The notes below the pieces were generated by a model. That model ran no database searches and was not told where the DNA came from. It worked only from the letters and a program-made list of their open reading frames with translations. The position numbers and the translations under genes were made by a program. DNA of 51,895 nucleotides from a bacterium (GTDB lineage: Bacteria > Patescibacteriota > Microgenomatia > UBA12405): contig JAKQJL010000041.1 of assembly GCA_029561175.1 (NCBI GenBank), positions 1-51,895 of the forward strand, given 5' to 3'. This document shows, piece by piece, positions 24,569 through 35,380 of the stretch (within the stretch, counting starts at the first letter, position 1; each line of letters begins with the position of its first letter).

Positions 24569-26530
24569 GTGGATTTAACTTTAAGCTCTCTTCCCAAAAT
24601 TGGACCAGCCAGCATCAAAAAATTAGCCAATTTAAATATCACCACTTCGCTCGATCTACTTTACCATTTACCTTTTCGATACCTCGATTTTTCAAAAATA
24701 ACCACTATCGACAATTTGTCGGAAAATGATTTTGTTACCATTCAAGGCCAAATTATTGATTTCCAAAATATCTATACTCGTTTTGGCAAAAATCTTCAAA
24801 AAGCCATCATTAAAGATAAAACCGGAGTCATTACTGCTATTTGGTTTAACTCTCCCTTTTTGTCAAAATCACTAACCATTGGTCAAACTATTTCTTTAGC
24901 CGGACAAGTTAATCTTTACCAACATAAATTTAGTCTTTTTACTCCATATATTGGCAATTCAACTGGAAAAATAATCCCTATTTATCACGAAACCAAAGGT
25001 TTATCTTCTTCTTGGTTTCGAAATATTTTTTCACTTAATTTATTAAAATTAATTTCGTCTATTTCCGACCCATTACCAGTTGATATTCAAAAAAAATATC
25101 AACTTTTATCCTTACCATTAGCTCTTAAAAACATTCATCAACCCCAAAATCAATCACTTTTAGATCAGGCCATCAATAGATTATCTCTTAATGAAATACT
25201 TTCTCTCCAAGTTACCTCCAAATTTATTAAAGAAAAACAACAAGCATCTTCTGTTCACCGCCAACTTAAGTCAGTTAAATTACCTTTAAACTCTTTGCCT
25301 TTTTCCCTTACCAACAGTCAACATCAAGTTATTTCCGAAGTTCTTTCTGATTTAGTAAAAAGCTCTCCAGCCAATCGATTAATCCAAGGTGATGTTGGTT
25401 CTGGAAAAACAGTTGTTGCCTTGGCAGCCGCTTATTTTGTCCAAAAAAATCGTCAATTATCTATCCTAATGGCCCCCACTGACATTCTTGCCAATCAACA
25501 CTACCTAACAGCTAAAAAACTTTTTCCTAAACTAAAAATAAGCTTATTAACCAGTTCTCATCAAGATCAAATTCCTCAAACAGGATTATTAATATCTACT
25601 CACGCTGTAATTTATCATCAAAAAAAACTGCCACCCGTTAGTTTGTTAATTATCGACGAGCAACATAAGTTTGGTGTTCTCCAGCGATCCTTTCTCAACC
25701 ACCAAGCCAACCCACCTCATTTGCTTACCATGACCGCCACTCCCATCCCTCGATCCATTGGCTTAACTGTTTTAAAACATCTCGATCTCTCTTATTTAGA
25801 TACTATTCCTCAAAACCGTCCAATAATCAAATCTTTTCTGGTTCCACCCTCAAAAGAAAAAGATTGTTTTCAATGGTTATCAAACCACCTTCAAACCACC
25901 AAACAACAAGGTTTCGTCGTTTGCCCGTTTATTGAAGAATCTGAAAACTTAGAGTCGGTAAAAGCAGCCACTACTACTTATGAAAATTTAAAAATAGTTT
26001 TGCCAGATTTAAAAATTGCCCTAATCCACGGCAAAACAAAAACTGAAGATCGTCAAAAAATATTAGCTGATTTTGCCAAAAATAAAATCAACCTCTTAGT
26101 TACAACCCCAATTATTGAAGTTGGCATCGATTACCCCAATGCCACAGTAATGATCATTCAATCTGCCGACCGATTTGGTTTAGCCCAGCTCCACCAATTA
26201 CGTGGCCGAGTTGGTCGAAGTCAACTTCAAAGCTATTGTTATTTTTTCTCAGCCACCAAAAATCAACCAGCCATTAATCGCCTAAAATATCTCATAAATC
26301 ATCATTCTGGACTCGAGATTGCCACCTACGATCTCCAAACCAGGGGGCCAGGCGAAATCTTTTCTCTAATTCAGCATGGTTTTCCTTCTTTAAAACTTGC
26401 TTCTATTAATCAAACTAATTTAATCAACCAAGCCGATCAATTAATAAACGATATCTCCTTAAGTTACCCCAACTATGACTTTCATCAGTTAACAGCAAAT
26501 TCCACTCAACTTGATCGAATTAGCAATTAA
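24569..26530 (+). CDS. recG: ATP-dependent DNA helicase RecG
   Basis: QGDVGSGKT, DEQHKFG, MTATPIPR, QLRGRVGR. Confidence 0.96.
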   Translation: MDLTLSSLPKIGPASIKKLANLNITTSLDLLYHLPFRYLDFSKITTIDNLSENDFVTIQGQIIDFQNIYTRFGKNLQKAIIKDKTGVITAIWFNSPFLSKSLTIGQTISLAGQVNLYQHKFSLFTPYIGNSTGKIIPIYHETKGLSSSWFRNIFSLNLLKLISSISDPLPVDIQKKYQLLSLPLALKNIHQPQNQSLLDQAINRLSLNEILSLQVTSKFIKEKQQASSVHRQLKSVKLPLNSLPFSLTNSQHQVISEVLSDLVKSSPANRLIQGDVGSGKTVVALAAAYFVQKNRQLSILMAPTDILANQHYLTAKKLFPKLKISLLTSSHQDQIPQTGLLISTHAVIYHQKKLPPVSLLIIDEQHKFGVLQRSFLNHQANPPHLLTMTATPIPRSIGLTVLKHLDLSYLDTIPQNRPIIKSFLVPPSKEKDCFQWLSNHLQTTKQQGFVVCPFIEESENLESVKAATTTYENLKIVLPDLKIALIHGKTKTEDRQKILADFAKNKINLLVTTPIIEVGIDYPNATVMIIQSADRFGLAQLHQLRGRVGRSQLQSYCYFFSATKNQPAINRLKYLINHHSGLEIATYDLQTRGPGEIFSLIQHGFPSLKLASINQTNLINQADQLINDISLSYPNYDFHQLTANSTQLDRISN

Positions 26531-26547
26531 CTTGTTATAATAACCCC

Positions 26548-26703
26548 ATGACAGCATTACCTAAACATCGTCCTTCTAGCCGCCGACAAGGTCGTCGACG
26601 CGCTACTCATACTGCTACAACACTCGCCAAAATCGTAGTTTGTAAGCATTGTAATCAACCTAAAAAAGTTGGTTTTGAGTGTGCCAATTGTAAACAATCG
26701 TGA
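26548..26703 (+). CDS. rpmF: 50S ribosomal protein L32 (Zn-ribbon type)
   Basis: Manual translation MTALPKHRPSSRRQGRRRATH...CKHC...CANC; GTGA overlap with nusB. Confidence 0.9.
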   Translation: MTALPKHRPSSRRQGRRRATHTATTLAKIVVCKHCNQPKKVGFECANCKQS

Positions 26704-27083
26704 AATCAAAATTAGATCCACGCCATCAACGTCGTATTAAAAACATGCAAATGCTTTTTGCCTACGACGCTGAACAACACAATCAATTAAACCCAGAACA
26801 ACAAGATATTGTTTCTAAACTCGATCAAATCGATCAACATATCTCTGTAAATGCGCCCAAATGGCCAATTGACCAAATCAATAAAATTGATTTAGCAATT
26901 TTAAGACTTTCTATCTGGGAATTGCTCTATAACCAATCAGTTCCTCCTAAAGTTGTAGTCGACGAAGCCGTCGAAATCGCCAAAGAATTTGGTACTGAAA
27001 CTAGTTTTGGTTTTGTCAATGGTGTTTTAGGCAGCGTTATTAAAACCATTTCTCCAGATGGAACTTCAAACTCTTCAAAATAA
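26700..27083 (+). CDS. nusB: Transcription antitermination factor NusB
   Basis: IDLAILRL, VVVDEAVEIAKEFG, FVNGVLG. Confidence 0.95.
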   Translation: MKSKLDPRHQRRIKNMQMLFAYDAEQHNQLNPEQQDIVSKLDQIDQHISVNAPKWPIDQINKIDLAILRLSIWELLYNQSVPPKVVVDEAVEIAKEFGTETSFGFVNGVLGSVIKTISPDGTSNSSK

Positions 27084-27744
27084 TCTTGGCTATTTTTTTA
27101 AAAATATTGATCTTCTAAATCAATCTTTAGTTCACCGATCATATTTAAACGAAAATCGAAATATCTATTCTCACAGCAACGAACGACTTGAGTTTTTGGG
27201 AGATGCTGTTCTCGAACTTTGGACTACCAATTATTTATATCTCAACTTTCCTGAATTAGAGGAGGGGAGCCTTACTAATCAACGATCATTAGCAGTTAGA
27301 ACAGAAAATTTAGCCGAAATTGCCAAACAAATAGATCTTGGTCAATTTATATTTTTAAGCCATGGAGAAGAAAAACACCAAGGACGAGACAATATTTCAA
27401 TTTTAGCTGACACTTTCGAAAGTATTTTGGGAGCTATTTATCTTGATAGTGGCTTCAATTCTATCGATCAAGTTTTAACCAAGCTATTAACTCCAAGTTT
27501 AATCAAAATTGCTAATCAAAAAAACATTAAAGATCCAAAAAGTTATTTTCAAGAACTAGCACAAAAGAAAACTAACATTACCCCTCATTATCAAACAATT
27601 TCAGAATCCGGGCCCGATCATCAAAAAGTTTTTACCGTTGGTTTGTATATTGGTGATCAACAAATCTCTACCGGAAAAGGTAACTCAAAGCAAAAAGCTG
27701 AAGAATCTGCCGCTCTATCTGGGATAGATTCATTTAAAAATTAA
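27058..27744 (+). CDS. rnc: Ribonuclease III
   Basis: NERLEFLGDAVLEL signature plus dsRBD. Confidence 0.97.
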   Translation: MELQTLQNNLGYFFKNIDLLNQSLVHRSYLNENRNIYSHSNERLEFLGDAVLELWTTNYLYLNFPELEEGSLTNQRSLAVRTENLAEIAKQIDLGQFIFLSHGEEKHQGRDNISILADTFESILGAIYLDSGFNSIDQVLTKLLTPSLIKIANQKNIKDPKSYFQELAQKKTNITPHYQTISESGPDHQKVFTVGLYIGDQQISTGKGNSKQKAEESAALSGIDSFKN

Positions 27745-27776
27745 AATTTAAAAATTAATCTGATATAATTCCACGT

Positions 27777-28037
27777 ATGCTTAAAATCAAATTATTACCA
27801 AAAGGTCAAACTCACCAAAGAACTTATCGAGTTGTTGTCAGCGAATGCCGTTCAAAAAGCAATGGCAAATATATTGCTGATTTAGGTTTTTATACTCCTC
27901 AAACAAAAACAATTAGTATCGACCAAACTCTTTTAACCACTTGGGTTAAAAATGGTGCCCAATTAACCGAAGGGGTCGATAAATTAATCAATCCTGATAA
28001 ATATCCTCGTAAAAAGAAAGTTGCCAAAAAAGCATGA
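27777..28037 (+). CDS. rpsP: 30S ribosomal protein S16
   Basis: MLKIKL...YRVVV...LGFYTP...WVKNGAQ. Confidence 0.95.
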   Translation: MLKIKLLPKGQTHQRTYRVVVSECRSKSNGKYIADLGFYTPQTKTISIDQTLLTTWVKNGAQLTEGVDKLINPDKYPRKKKVAKKA

Positions 28038-28267
28038 ACACCATCAATCAAACTCTCCAATACTTAATCAAAGCTATCGTTGCCAATCCTGATGATGTGG
28101 TGATTGAAGAAAGAGTTGAGGGCGATCAAACTATTTTTGAAATTTCTGCCCCCAAAGAAATGATTGGTCAAATCATTGGTAAAGAAGGCAAAATAATCAA
28201 ATCACTTCGAACCATACTTAATCTCTGCTACCCTAATACTCGCTATAATCTCGAAATTAAAGAGTAA
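28034..28267 (+). CDS. khpA: KH-domain RNA-binding protein KhpA
   Basis: GQIIGKEGKIIKSLR; follows rpsP. Confidence 0.9.
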   Translation: MNTINQTLQYLIKAIVANPDDVVIEERVEGDQTIFEISAPKEMIGQIIGKEGKIIKSLRTILNLCYPNTRYNLEIKE

Positions 28268-29021
28268 ACGGATCGTTTCTTTCAAACTTGGTAAAATCTT
28301 TCTTGGTTTCAAAACTACCTTCAATTGCTGAAATATTTTCCATCATGGTAAAGTTGCTCAACTTATTAATAACCTCCGATTCTTCTTTTTTCATCGTTAA
28401 TTCAGCTAAAGTCAATTTTTCGTTGGCCAAGACATCTTTATTCTCGATATAAAAAGCCGATAGGGTCATCTCCATTTCAATCGTATTCGAATTATTGCTT
28501 TTAATTTTAAAATCATCCACCGACAATACTGGCAAACTCTTCTCCAAGCCTTCAATTAGATCATATTGTTTTTCTTTATCACCAATCAGTTTAACGTTCA
28601 CTGGAATTCTCGAGATTCCGCCTACTGATGATTTTTGTTGATCTTGATTAAGATTACCAATAGAAATATTAAAACTATCAACTCCAAAACCATATCGATC
28701 AGCAATTTTTCTGACAATATTTACCAACAAATAAGAATTTTTTTCCGGTAACAAAGAATTATTTACAAACCCAGCATTTTTTTGTAATTCATTTTGATCT
28801 AACGAGGCTAAATAGTCAACTTTTGCCCTCAAGTCCTTAGTTTCTTTTTCGATTTTTTGATTAGAACCAGACATTAATTTAAATTTATCAATTTGCGGAG
28901 TAATTACCAATCCAATCGACAAAATTAAACTTATTGTTACTAAAAATGGCAAAAAGAAAACTTTAATTAAACCGCTATCTAAACCAAATAATGTTTCTGG
29001 AATTTCAAGATTTAGTTTCAT
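28257..29021 (-). CDS. PilO-like pilus assembly protein
   Basis: TM, coiled coil, ferredoxin-like domain; follows pilMN. Confidence 0.7.
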   Translation of the reverse strand: MKLNLEIPETLFGLDSGLIKVFFLPFLVTISLILSIGLVITPQIDKFKLMSGSNQKIEKETKDLRAKVDYLASLDQNELQKNAGFVNNSLLPEKNSYLLVNIVRKIADRYGFGVDSFNISIGNLNQDQQKSSVGGISRIPVNVKLIGDKEKQYDLIEGLEKSLPVLSVDDFKIKSNNSNTIEMEMTLSAFYIENKDVLANEKLTLAELTMKKEESEVINKLSNFTMMENISAIEGSFETKKDFTKFERNDPFTL

Positions 29022-29563
29022 TTCATTGACACCTCCATTTCAAGATTCCAAACACCGTTTTTAACCATAACATCAATAATTTTAGCTTTATTAAAAAATT
29101 CATTATTACCTTTATTTATCTCAAAAACTAGTTTTTCAAATTCATCCACACTAGTTCCATCATTAGCCAAAGCTTTAATATCAAAAACACCTTTCTTAGT
29201 CATTTTAAAATCACTCATACTTATCCCATTTGGCAATAATAATTTTAAAGCTTTAAATGCTTTTGAGTATTCAAATCTAGAAGCAATCACTCCACCAATC
29301 ATTTTTGCTCGATACTTTAAGTTTTGGCTAGTAATTACCGACTCTGCTAACCCCTGATAATCTGTTTTAACCAGCTCATATCGTCTTTCTAAAGTTTTTT
29401 TTCTAACACTCACTACAATGTTCAGAATAATTACTACTACCAATACCAAACACCAAACTCCAGAAACCGCGATCATGTAAACTTTTGTTTTCCCCACCAA
29501 TTCAACCTTTCTCTTTTGAAATTTAGCTTTCGACGGTAATAAATTCAAATTCATCTCGTTCAT
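29018..29563 (-). CDS. PilN-like pilus assembly protein
   Basis: LNLLP motif plus TM; start at ATG 29563 overlaps the pilM stop. Confidence 0.75.
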   Translation of the reverse strand: MNEMNLNLLPSKAKFQKRKVELVGKTKVYMIAVSGVWCLVLVVVIILNIVVSVRKKTLERRYELVKTDYQGLAESVITSQNLKYRAKMIGGVIASRFEYSKAFKALKLLLPNGISMSDFKMTKKGVFDIKALANDGTSVDEFEKLVFEINKGNNEFFNKAKIIDVMVKNGVWNLEMEVSMK

Positions 29564-30588
29564 GGTATTTCTCTTAGTGCCAATCCAACAGCTAAACAAT
29601 ATCGACAACCATCAGAATTAAAATCAATGGGAACAGTAATCTTAGAAGTATCCATTTTAATAAATGGTTGAATCACTTGAACTTCAACTCCCAAAATTTT
29701 TGTCAACTCTTCCGCCAACCCAGGCATATTTGCCCCTCCACCACTTAACACCAACAACTCCACCGGCTTACCTTGTTCTTCTCTAAAAGAAGCTAAAGCT
29801 CGACGAATTTCTTCAGCCATATTAGCAAACACTGGTAAAATCGCACTTTTAATTTTTCCCTCAAGTTCCATCTCTTTCATTCCATATGCCTTTTTGTACT
29901 CCTCAGCCGACGCCATATCCAACCCCAAATTAATCGAGATTGCTCGAGTTAAAGATTCACCACCAACCGACATTGCCCGAGTAAAATAAATATTTCCAGA
30001 ATTGATACTTATAATATCTGAATACTTTTCACCCATATCAATCAGCAATAAAGCGGCTTTATCAGACACGGTCAAATTAACTGTTCTTCTCATTGAAATT
30101 GCCGGTGACTCAATTGCCGCCAACTCTAACCCCACCATTTTAAACAATTTTACATAGCTAGCAATTAAATCATTTCTCGCGGCAATTGCAAAAACAGTCA
30201 ATCTTCCAGCATCATCTTTTTCAATTTCCTCATAATCGATTGATACTTCATTTAGAGGAAAGGGGACAAAGGTTTCAGCTTCAAACCGTAAAGCATCCAT
30301 AATTTCACCATCTTTTAGTGGTGGCAATCTAATTAATCTAGAAACAACCTCATCTTCCGGCAAACTTACTACTGCCTGTTTAGGTTTAATTTTTAAATCA
30401 TTTAATAAAGACTTAATCGCATTAGCCACTTCTTGCATCCCTTTGCCTTTTGATCCTTCTTTTACCCAATCACTTTTCGGATTTTTTGTCTCACCAATTG
30501 CTTCCAAAGAATACCCGGTTGCCATCTTACTGACACTTACAATCTTGATACTGCCAACGCCAATATCTACGCCAATTAAATTACTCAT
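29560..30588 (-). CDS. pilM: Type IV pilus assembly protein PilM
   Basis: IGVDIG actin-like motif, LIDMG, LSGGGA, AVGLALR. Confidence 0.93.
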   Translation of the reverse strand: MSNLIGVDIGVGSIKIVSVSKMATGYSLEAIGETKNPKSDWVKEGSKGKGMQEVANAIKSLLNDLKIKPKQAVVSLPEDEVVSRLIRLPPLKDGEIMDALRFEAETFVPFPLNEVSIDYEEIEKDDAGRLTVFAIAARNDLIASYVKLFKMVGLELAAIESPAISMRRTVNLTVSDKAALLLIDMGEKYSDIISINSGNIYFTRAMSVGGESLTRAISINLGLDMASAEEYKKAYGMKEMELEGKIKSAILPVFANMAEEIRRALASFREEQGKPVELLVLSGGGANMPGLAEELTKILGVEVQVIQPFIKMDTSKITVPIDFNSDGCRYCLAVGLALREIP

Positions 30589-30611
30589 AGAATCAGTATA
30601 AAGATATTTCT

Positions 30612-31406
30612 TTAATTACTCAACACCGACCCAAAAGAAGTTATTGGTTCTAGTAAAAACTCGGGCACTTGATATGTTTTTTTGATTGATAATTTTTGAT
30701 TGACCGATTTCACCGACACCTCTCCAGCATAACCAGTAGACCTAATCACTTCTCCTTGAATTGGGAAATTACTAGTTCCATTTAAAATTATAGCTGTGTT
30801 ACCAGTAATTGGCTTAACTACCACCAATAATGGCAATAAACCCGACAACTTACTAAGATTTACCACTCTTTTAAAGCCACTTCCACAACTATCACTAGCA
30901 CCAGCAAAACCACTGCCATCAAAATACCATCGTTTTACTTGATAATCACTAGCGCCATTTCTACCAAAACCATCAATTTTTACTTCACCTCCATAATCGT
31001 TTTCAACACACACATAGGTATTATTTAGATCACCGCTGTAGCTAGTATTGTAGTCAATACTTCCATTTGTATTATGCCCCACCAACCAAAATATCGCATT
31101 ATCTTTTTCTCTGGTTTCTTCGGTTATCGACCCTAATATCTCGGTCGATCCAATGTTCTCGGTTGTTATCTCAGCTTTAGTATTATCAAAATCAGAATTA
31201 TATTTCTTGTCTCCGGTACCCAAATAATATTCAATTCCAGATTCGGCCGCACTAAAGGCTTTTTTTAACAGCTCTTCATCTGTTGTCAATTTTGTTTCGG
31301 TTACTGTTTTTCGGCTTACTGATAACCCCAAAGTCATAATTACTGCCGATAACAACAAAACAATTAAAGCTACTTGTCCTTGATTTTTTTTATTCACTAA
31401 AATCAT
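30612..31406 (-). CDS. PilX-like minor pilin
   Basis: GQVALIVLL leader lacking E5; AFSAAESGIE. Confidence 0.75.
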   Translation of the reverse strand: MILVNKKNQGQVALIVLLLSAVIMTLGLSVSRKTVTETKLTTDEELLKKAFSAAESGIEYYLGTGDKKYNSDFDNTKAEITTENIGSTEILGSITEETREKDNAIFWLVGHNTNGSIDYNTSYSGDLNNTYVCVENDYGGEVKIDGFGRNGASDYQVKRWYFDGSGFAGASDSCGSGFKRVVNLSKLSGLLPLLVVVKPITGNTAIILNGTSNFPIQGEVIRSTGYAGEVSVKSVNQKLSIKKTYQVPEFLLEPITSFGSVLSN

Positions 31407-31412
31407 TATACT

Positions 31413-31925
31413 TTAATTTCTAATCCCTACACTAAAATTAAATAATTTTTTTGAATAATTTTCCACTCCCGCCAAAGTACTTCCACTATCCAAATAATAA
31501 GTAAATTCAACACTACTCACTTTGTCACCATCCACCGACGGCATAGTTGAACAACTAATAAATCGCTCACAATTAGAAACTTTAACCGCTTCATTAGTTA
31601 ACCAATTATTTATTTTTAAAATTCCAGACTGAGAAGAAATTCTGTCGTTATTACAAACAATACTAGTTATTCCCTGATCACTGCTATTAATAAAAGTAAT
31701 CGATGATCCCTGACCAACCGGACATAAAATACTATTAACTTCAGCCGCCAAGAGTAAATTTTTAATTTGTCTAGCTATTTCAGAAGAGTTTTGCTCAACA
31801 TTTTCCATTACTACTGTTCTATTTTTGGCTTTCAAAGTATTAATCATCATTAAGCTAGTGGCCGTCAGCAATACCCCCATTAGTGCCACCACCACCATCG
31901 TTTCAATTAAAGTAAACCCTTTCAT
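31413..31925 (-). CDS. Minor pilin (PilW-like)
   Basis: GFTLIE class III signal. Confidence 0.8.
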   Translation of the reverse strand: MKGFTLIETMVVVALMGVLLTATSLMMINTLKAKNRTVVMENVEQNSSEIARQIKNLLLAAEVNSILCPVGQGSSITFINSSDQGITSIVCNNDRISSQSGILKINNWLTNEAVKVSNCERFISCSTMPSVDGDKVSSVEFTYYLDSGSTLAGVENYSKKLFNFSVGIRN

Positions 31926-32332
31926 TTGGCAAAATAACGACTAATTACCACCGAATCGCCACTTTCTTTCCAACTAACCGTTACATCCAACTTCGCCGCC
32001 GTAAACGTAAACTGGGTAGGAATATAGTTAATTTTAACCATATAGCTATAATCCGGATAACCACTTTTACTTTGTTTAACTTCATCAATTGCATTCCAAT
32101 AACCAACGTTCCAAAAATTTTCTGGTTGATTTTTTTCAATCACCACAAAATCTTCAATCACACTGGTAGCTAAATTAGTAGCCACTTTTCGATCAAAAGT
32201 TTTTGTTTTAGCACTTATTGATTGAGAAACCAGCTTAACCACTCCACCCACCAAAACCATTACAATAGTAATCGCAAAAACTGCTTCAATCAAACTTTGC
32301 CCTAAATTTAATTTATTTAGTTTGAAAATCAT
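31922..32332 (-). CDS. Minor pilin (PilV-like)
   Basis: GQSLIE leader; VTVSW motif. Confidence 0.75.
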   Translation of the reverse strand: MIFKLNKLNLGQSLIEAVFAITIVMVLVGGVVKLVSQSISAKTKTFDRKVATNLATSVIEDFVVIEKNQPENFWNVGYWNAIDEVKQSKSGYPDYSYMVKINYIPTQFTFTAAKLDVTVSWKESGDSVVISRYFAK

Positions 32333-32978
32333 CTTCTCCGCAACTAACCAACGTATAACATCTAGTATCTACATTATATAAAGCATTACAGGTAAAAGAT
32401 TTGCAATTTTCCCAACAACAAGTACTTTCTCGAGTGTAACAAACAGGAGTTGGAGTTGGTGTTGCTGTCGGGCTCTCTCTTCTTTCTTCAAAATTTTTTT
32501 TATTTTCACTAATTATCCCTCCAGAAGAAACACAAACCTCATACCCAACTTCTGAAGTTGGGTGAGAAATTACCACAGCCACAGTTTCATCAATTCCTAA
32601 AGGAACTCCAATATCTGAAACTAATTTTCCTTCTGGAGAAGAAAAAATAAAAGTCGCTTGATTCAAACTAACCCCCTTGGATGATATATTTTTTACAAAA
32701 TAACTTCCACCAACACCTAAATTAGCCTCTGCCGTAACCACCCCAGACTCAGAAACATTAACTCTGACATTGTTTAAATCAGTTACCATTTCATTTGGAC
32801 GCTGAGAAGTGATCGCATAATTCTTGGCTAGTTTTAACATATTTGCCAATTCGCTGGCAGCTTTATCTAATTCTTCCCGAATTAAAAAAGAATTAATTTT
32901 GGTAATTCCAGTCCCGATCACTATCATGCCGATGATAACTACTATCATCGTCTCAATAATCGTAAATCCTTTTTTCAT
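32313..32978 (-). CDS. Minor pilin (FimT/GspH-like) with Cys-rich C-terminal extension
   Basis: GFTIIE leader; PT linker; Cys-rich tail. Confidence 0.75.
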   Translation of the reverse strand: MKKGFTIIETMIVVIIGMIVIGTGITKINSFLIREELDKAASELANMLKLAKNYAITSQRPNEMVTDLNNVRVNVSESGVVTAEANLGVGGSYFVKNISSKGVSLNQATFIFSSPEGKLVSDIGVPLGIDETVAVVISHPTSEVGYEVCVSSGGIISENKKNFEERRESPTATPTPTPVCYTRESTCCWENCKSFTCNALYNVDTRCYTLVSCGEDDFQTK

Positions 32979-33370
32979 TAAGGATTAGTCAATAGATAAT
33001 TGCAAGTAACGCTAGTTCCACAGCTTCCAATTCCCGCCGAATTAGTTGATCCCAAATCTTCAACATGAGCCCCCAAACTATAAGTATAAGCACTCGCTCG
33101 ATTGTAATAATAACTATAATCTTTGTTTGGATCAGCCAAAGTCGCCGACATCAAATTCATGGTCACCAAAGTATTTAAACTAGTAGGGTAAGTTGACCCA
33201 ACTTGCCGAGCCATTTCTAAGGCCACTCGATATTTTTCTAAATCTGCCATTCTTCTCGAATCCCTGGCTTTTTTATTCTGACCAGAATAACTTATCAAAC
33301 CCACCACCGAGATTACCATAATAATGGTAATCACCACTATTAACTCAATCAAACTAAAACCTTTTTTCAT
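32978..33370 (-). CDS. GspG-like pilin
   Basis: GFSLIE; KARDSRRMADL. Confidence 0.85.
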   Translation of the reverse strand: MKKGFSLIELIVVITIIMVISVVGLISYSGQNKKARDSRRMADLEKYRVALEMARQVGSTYPTSLNTLVTMNLMSATLADPNKDYSYYYNRASAYTYSLGAHVEDLGSTNSAGIGSCGTSVTCNYLLTNP

Positions 33371-33372
33371 AT

Positions 33373-33795
33373 TTATTGCTGATTTTTAACGCAATACCAA
33401 TTCAAAGTTCCACTTGAAGCAAAAGCACAAGCATTTGTAGTCGAATTTCCCTTACCTTCCTCCATATACGCACAAATACAATAAGCACTGGTAGTTATTG
33501 TAGTTGGAAAAGTGTAATTACCACCTTTAGGATCAATCGGATAGCTCGCCAAAATTGTCTCTCCATTTCCAGCCACCCAAGTTCCGGTCGTCGTTGGATA
33601 AGCATAATTATTTTGGGAATAATACATCTCAGCGGCTTTCTGAACCGACTGCATATCTTGAATTCTTCTCGAGTCTCTGGCCTTTTTTTGTGCTGATGAA
33701 TACGACACTACTGCCAAAGCTACCATAATTCCAATAATTGAAATTGAAACTAGCAACTCAAACAAAGTAAAACCATTTTTATTTTTAATTTTCAT
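33373..33795 (-). CDS. GspG-like pilin
   Basis: GFTLFE; KARDSRRIQDM. Confidence 0.85.
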   Translation of the reverse strand: MKIKNKNGFTLFELLVSISIIGIMVALAVVSYSSAQKKARDSRRIQDMQSVQKAAEMYYSQNNYAYPTTTGTWVAGNGETILASYPIDPKGGNYTFPTTITTSAYCICAYMEEGKGNSTTNACAFASSGTLNWYCVKNQQ

Positions 33796-33808
33796 TTTTA
33801 TTTAATTT

Positions 33809-34219
33809 TTAATTAGCGCATACTGCAAACAAACCTGGGGTAGGAGTTAAACCACATTTTAATTGAGAATTATTACCATCATCACCCCGATTGGCCTCCA
33901 AAGGTGCAGTTATATAAAATCCATCACCACCATTTGTTTGAGTATAACTATAGCTAAAACCAATATTTTCCACTGTCGGTAAATACTCTGAAAACGAAGA
34001 ACCTAATCTTTCCTCAGTTCCAGTTGGATAAGCCTGGTGGTCATTATAATAAAGTCTCAAAGCACTCTTAATTGAATTCAAATCTTGGATTTTTTGAGCA
34101 TCTTTAGCTCTTTCCCGAGCCCCCATAAAATTTGGCAATAAAATTGCAGTTAAAGTTGCAATTATGCCAATAGCTACCAACAATTCAATTAAAGTAAAAC
34201 CCTTATTTGAATGTTCCAT
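33809..34219 (-). CDS. GspG-like pilin
   Basis: GFTLIE; RAKDAQKIQDL; start could also be 34225. Confidence 0.85.
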   Translation of the reverse strand: MEHSNKGFTLIELLVAIGIIATLTAILLPNFMGARERAKDAQKIQDLNSIKSALRLYYNDHQAYPTGTEERLGSSFSEYLPTVENIGFSYSYTQTNGGDGFYITAPLEANRGDDGNNSQLKCGLTPTPGLFAVCAN

Positions 34220-34691
34220 CTTCATTTAAACTAGTATTTGGACTTGTCACCGCATAGCAATAACTATTTCCATTACATGAATAACTACCGATACACTCTT
34301 TATCTTCAGTATTTTCTAATTGAGCAAACAAAGCAAATTTTTTGGGGCTATTTGAATCATCCACCTGATAACAATAGGGGACATCTAAATAATTTTCTCG
34401 AGGCATTTCCTTCATATAAACATAGGCGGGAGTTGAGGTAGTATCTTCAAAAGATCCACCCCAAATTGCTCCTTCTATTTGGCCATCAACTGCATTTGGA
34501 AAATAATTGTAGTCATTATAATAAGTTAATAAAGCCTTACTTACCGAATTAATATCTCCTTTTCTTTGAACATCATTAGACTTTCTTTTAGCTGTTTGAA
34601 ATTGAGACACGGTAATAATTGTTAAAATTGAAATTATTGATATCACCACCAAAAGTTCTACTAAAGTAAATCCATTTTTCTTCATTATCAT
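34203..34691 (-). CDS. GspG-like pilin
   Basis: GFTLVE; KSNDVQRKGDI. Confidence 0.85.
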   Translation of the reverse strand: MIMKKNGFTLVELLVVISIISILTIITVSQFQTAKRKSNDVQRKGDINSVSKALLTYYNDYNYFPNAVDGQIEGAIWGGSFEDTTSTPAYVYMKEMPRENYLDVPYCYQVDDSNSPKKFALFAQLENTEDKECIGSYSCNGNSYCYAVTSPNTSLNEDGTFK

Positions 34692-34711
34692 AATATTAGA
34701 ATAATCTATCT

Positions 34712-35380
34712 TTAATTACAAACTTTACCATCCAGACAACAGCTAACTCGACACTGAGGTGAACAGCTACCAACATAAGCATTATTATGTCGCTGACCAG
34801 AATCTAAAGGCTGACAAGGATTGCTTCCTTGAGGACCATAGCAGTATTTTGTATTTCCATAAGTACATATTTCTTCTAAAACAAAATCGTCCCAATTAAC
34901 ATTCAAGCTCGACACTCCATAATTGACCTGACTATTCGACAACGACCCATCCCCCACATGATAATTTCCAGTTCTGGTTGCCCAATCGGCAGGTATGGCA
35001 CTATCTTTACTATTTTCCAATTTGGTATAAGCTTTATACCATTTTGGGCAACAATCAGACTCATTACAGTCAGTAATATAGTAATATTTATTTCCATTTG
35101 GATCACACGGCCAAGAAGATAACCATGGTGAAAAACCGTTTCCTTCGCAATCAATTCCTTCAATAAAACTTTCAGTTGGATAACAACCTTTGTCATTATA
35201 ATATTCTTCAAAAGCCACTTTCATTCTTGAAAGATCTTTTTTCTTTCGAGCATCTTTGGCTTTATTGGTCAACACAATCGGATTAAATATTCCAATTGCC
35301 ATCATCGTTAATACCGCCAATATTGCCATTACAATCAATAATTCTACCAAAGTAAAACCGTTTCTTTTTTTCATAGCCAT
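34712..35380 (-). CDS. GspG-like pilin with Cys-rich C-terminus
   Basis: GFTLVE; KAKDARKKKDL; many Cys. Confidence 0.85.
   Translation of the reverse strand: MAMKKRNGFTLVELLIVMAILAVLTMMAIGIFNPIVLTNKAKDARKKKDLSRMKVAFEEYYNDKGCYPTESFIEGIDCEGNGFSPWLSSWPCDPNGNKYYYITDCNESDCCPKWYKAYTKLENSKDSAIPADWATRTGNYHVGDGSLSNSQVNYGVSSLNVNWDDFVLEEICTYGNTKYCYGPQGSNPCQPLDSGQRHNNAYVGSCSPQCRVSCCLDGKVCN

Noticed and set aside
32978..35380. Diversity-generating retroelement or silent-cassette system in the pilin array
   Set aside because: No reverse transcriptase or adenine-specific TR/VR pair seen; every pilin has its own leader.
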